From positions 1 through 34,862 of the forward strand of contig RDEW01000013.1 in NCBI GenBank assembly GCA_011109175.1: a DNA stretch of 34,862 nt. Reading direction: 5' to 3'. Of this stretch, positions 33,989-34,862 are shown piece after piece. Source of the DNA: Dicyema japonicum (Eukaryota; Animalia; Dicyemida). Numbering within the stretch: the stretch's first letter is position 1; every line of letters begins with the position of its first letter. The position numbers were made by a program, and so were the translations under genes. The notes beneath the pieces are model-generated. The model made no database searches. It had not been told where the DNA came from and saw only the letters and a program-made list of their open reading frames with translations.

Positions 33989-34772
33989 TTATAAATTATT
34001 ATTTTCACAGAAATAAATACTATTAATAAATTAATAAAATACCATCGAATTGAGGGACATGAGTCTCCTTTCATATATGAGGGTATGACATTCTGGTGAA
34101 ATTAAAATATAAAATACAAAATGACTAAAATCTTCTTTCCCCCATCCACAGTTGTAGGATAGTTGCTTTAAATACAATATTGCAGAAACTGCAGAATAAT
34201 GTTCATAAAATCTAATAATAAATCAACATTACTTGACGAAAGCATATCTCTGTTTGCTGTTCAACTTAATCTGGAAAATTGGTTCGAAATTTTTGAGCCT
34301 ATCACGTATTTTGTTAACAGTTATATTTTCTGGTATCTTGCCAATAAACACGACAGTGTTAAAATGGTTCCCCTGTTTTGAGATTTCGTGGAAACCTAAA
34401 TGTAAGCTATCAGTAACTGAGGATTGGGTAGTTTTTCCCACTGAAGGCTGTTTTTACGATTATTTTCTTGTTTTTCAGGACTGAATTGTTCATTTCTGAG
34501 ATTGCCATTTTAACTGCCTAAAGTCAGTGGTTCAGTTACTTCTTCAGTTGCAAACTTGATAAAGCCACATTTCCAATTTCGATCTGTCCAACACTCCCGC
34601 AAAATCTTTACTCTTCTGAAATGTTACAAATGGTGGACATTATTTCTCCAAACTTTTTGAACGCATAATTAAGGTCAGTTTCGATTGTATCCCATGACAG
34701 GTTACTCACAAATATTGAATATTTTAACAATCTTACTTTTTTATTGTCAAACATATTTGGTGCTATTGTCAT
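33989..34772 (-). CDS. TIA1: TIA1/TIAR (Pub1/Nam8-related) RNA-binding protein with two RRMs
   Basis: ATG at 34772. Introns 34638-34616 (23 nt), 34539-34518 (22), 34417-34396 (22), 34232-34212 (21), and probably 34117-34093 (25) and 34042-34020 (23). Product …YSIFVSNLSWDTIETDLNYAFKKFGEIIRVKILR…KCGFIKFATEEAVKMAISEMN…ILSFHEISKQGNHFNTVVFIGKIP…RYAFVKFYEHYSAVSAI…CGWGKE mirrors TIA1 RRM2-linker-RRM3 (LSYDEVVNQSS…CTVYCG; HESAAHAI…CYWGKE). The 3' end is uncertain (stop at 33989 or 34031). Confidence 0.85.
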
Positions 34773-34862
34773 TCAATAAAACTTAACAATTTATATATGT
34801 GTTTATTAATATGTAATTATTAGTTAATTATTATTTTGTAATTAATTTAACTGACTATTTTT

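Noticed and set aside
1-34862. CRISPR arrays or prokaryotic/viral systems
   Set aside because: No regularly spaced repeat-spacer array or prokaryotic operon structure; the sequence is eukaryotic.

Overview
This is an AT-rich eukaryotic scaffold, probably from a genome-reduced metazoan parasite (inference). It has single-N contig joins at 2413, 20011, 24992 and 29309, and a 337-N gap at 33175-33511. About 1-33 kb is mostly decayed, nested transposons: CRE, R4-like, RTE-like and I-group non-LTR elements, a hAT (Buster-type) and two pogo/Tigger derivatives, and a tRNA-derived SINE. It also holds a deleted, AT-drifted rDNA pseudogene. The ORF track misses or fragments three host genes because they are split by 21-27-nt GT-AG introns. 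Manual splicing recovers (i) the 5' part of the meiotic kleisin REC8 (19530-20010, +), lying between 18S and 18S/28S rDNA remnants; (ii) a compact two-RRM TIA1/TIAR-family gene (34772-~33989, -); and (iii) a COX20-like two-helix membrane protein gene (33969-33598, -) starting only about 19-61 nt downstream of the TIA1-like stop. One near-intact 3.0-kb RTE-like LINE with a 9-bp TSD lies at 25661-28662. All family assignments come from motif recognition by eye; no searches were run.
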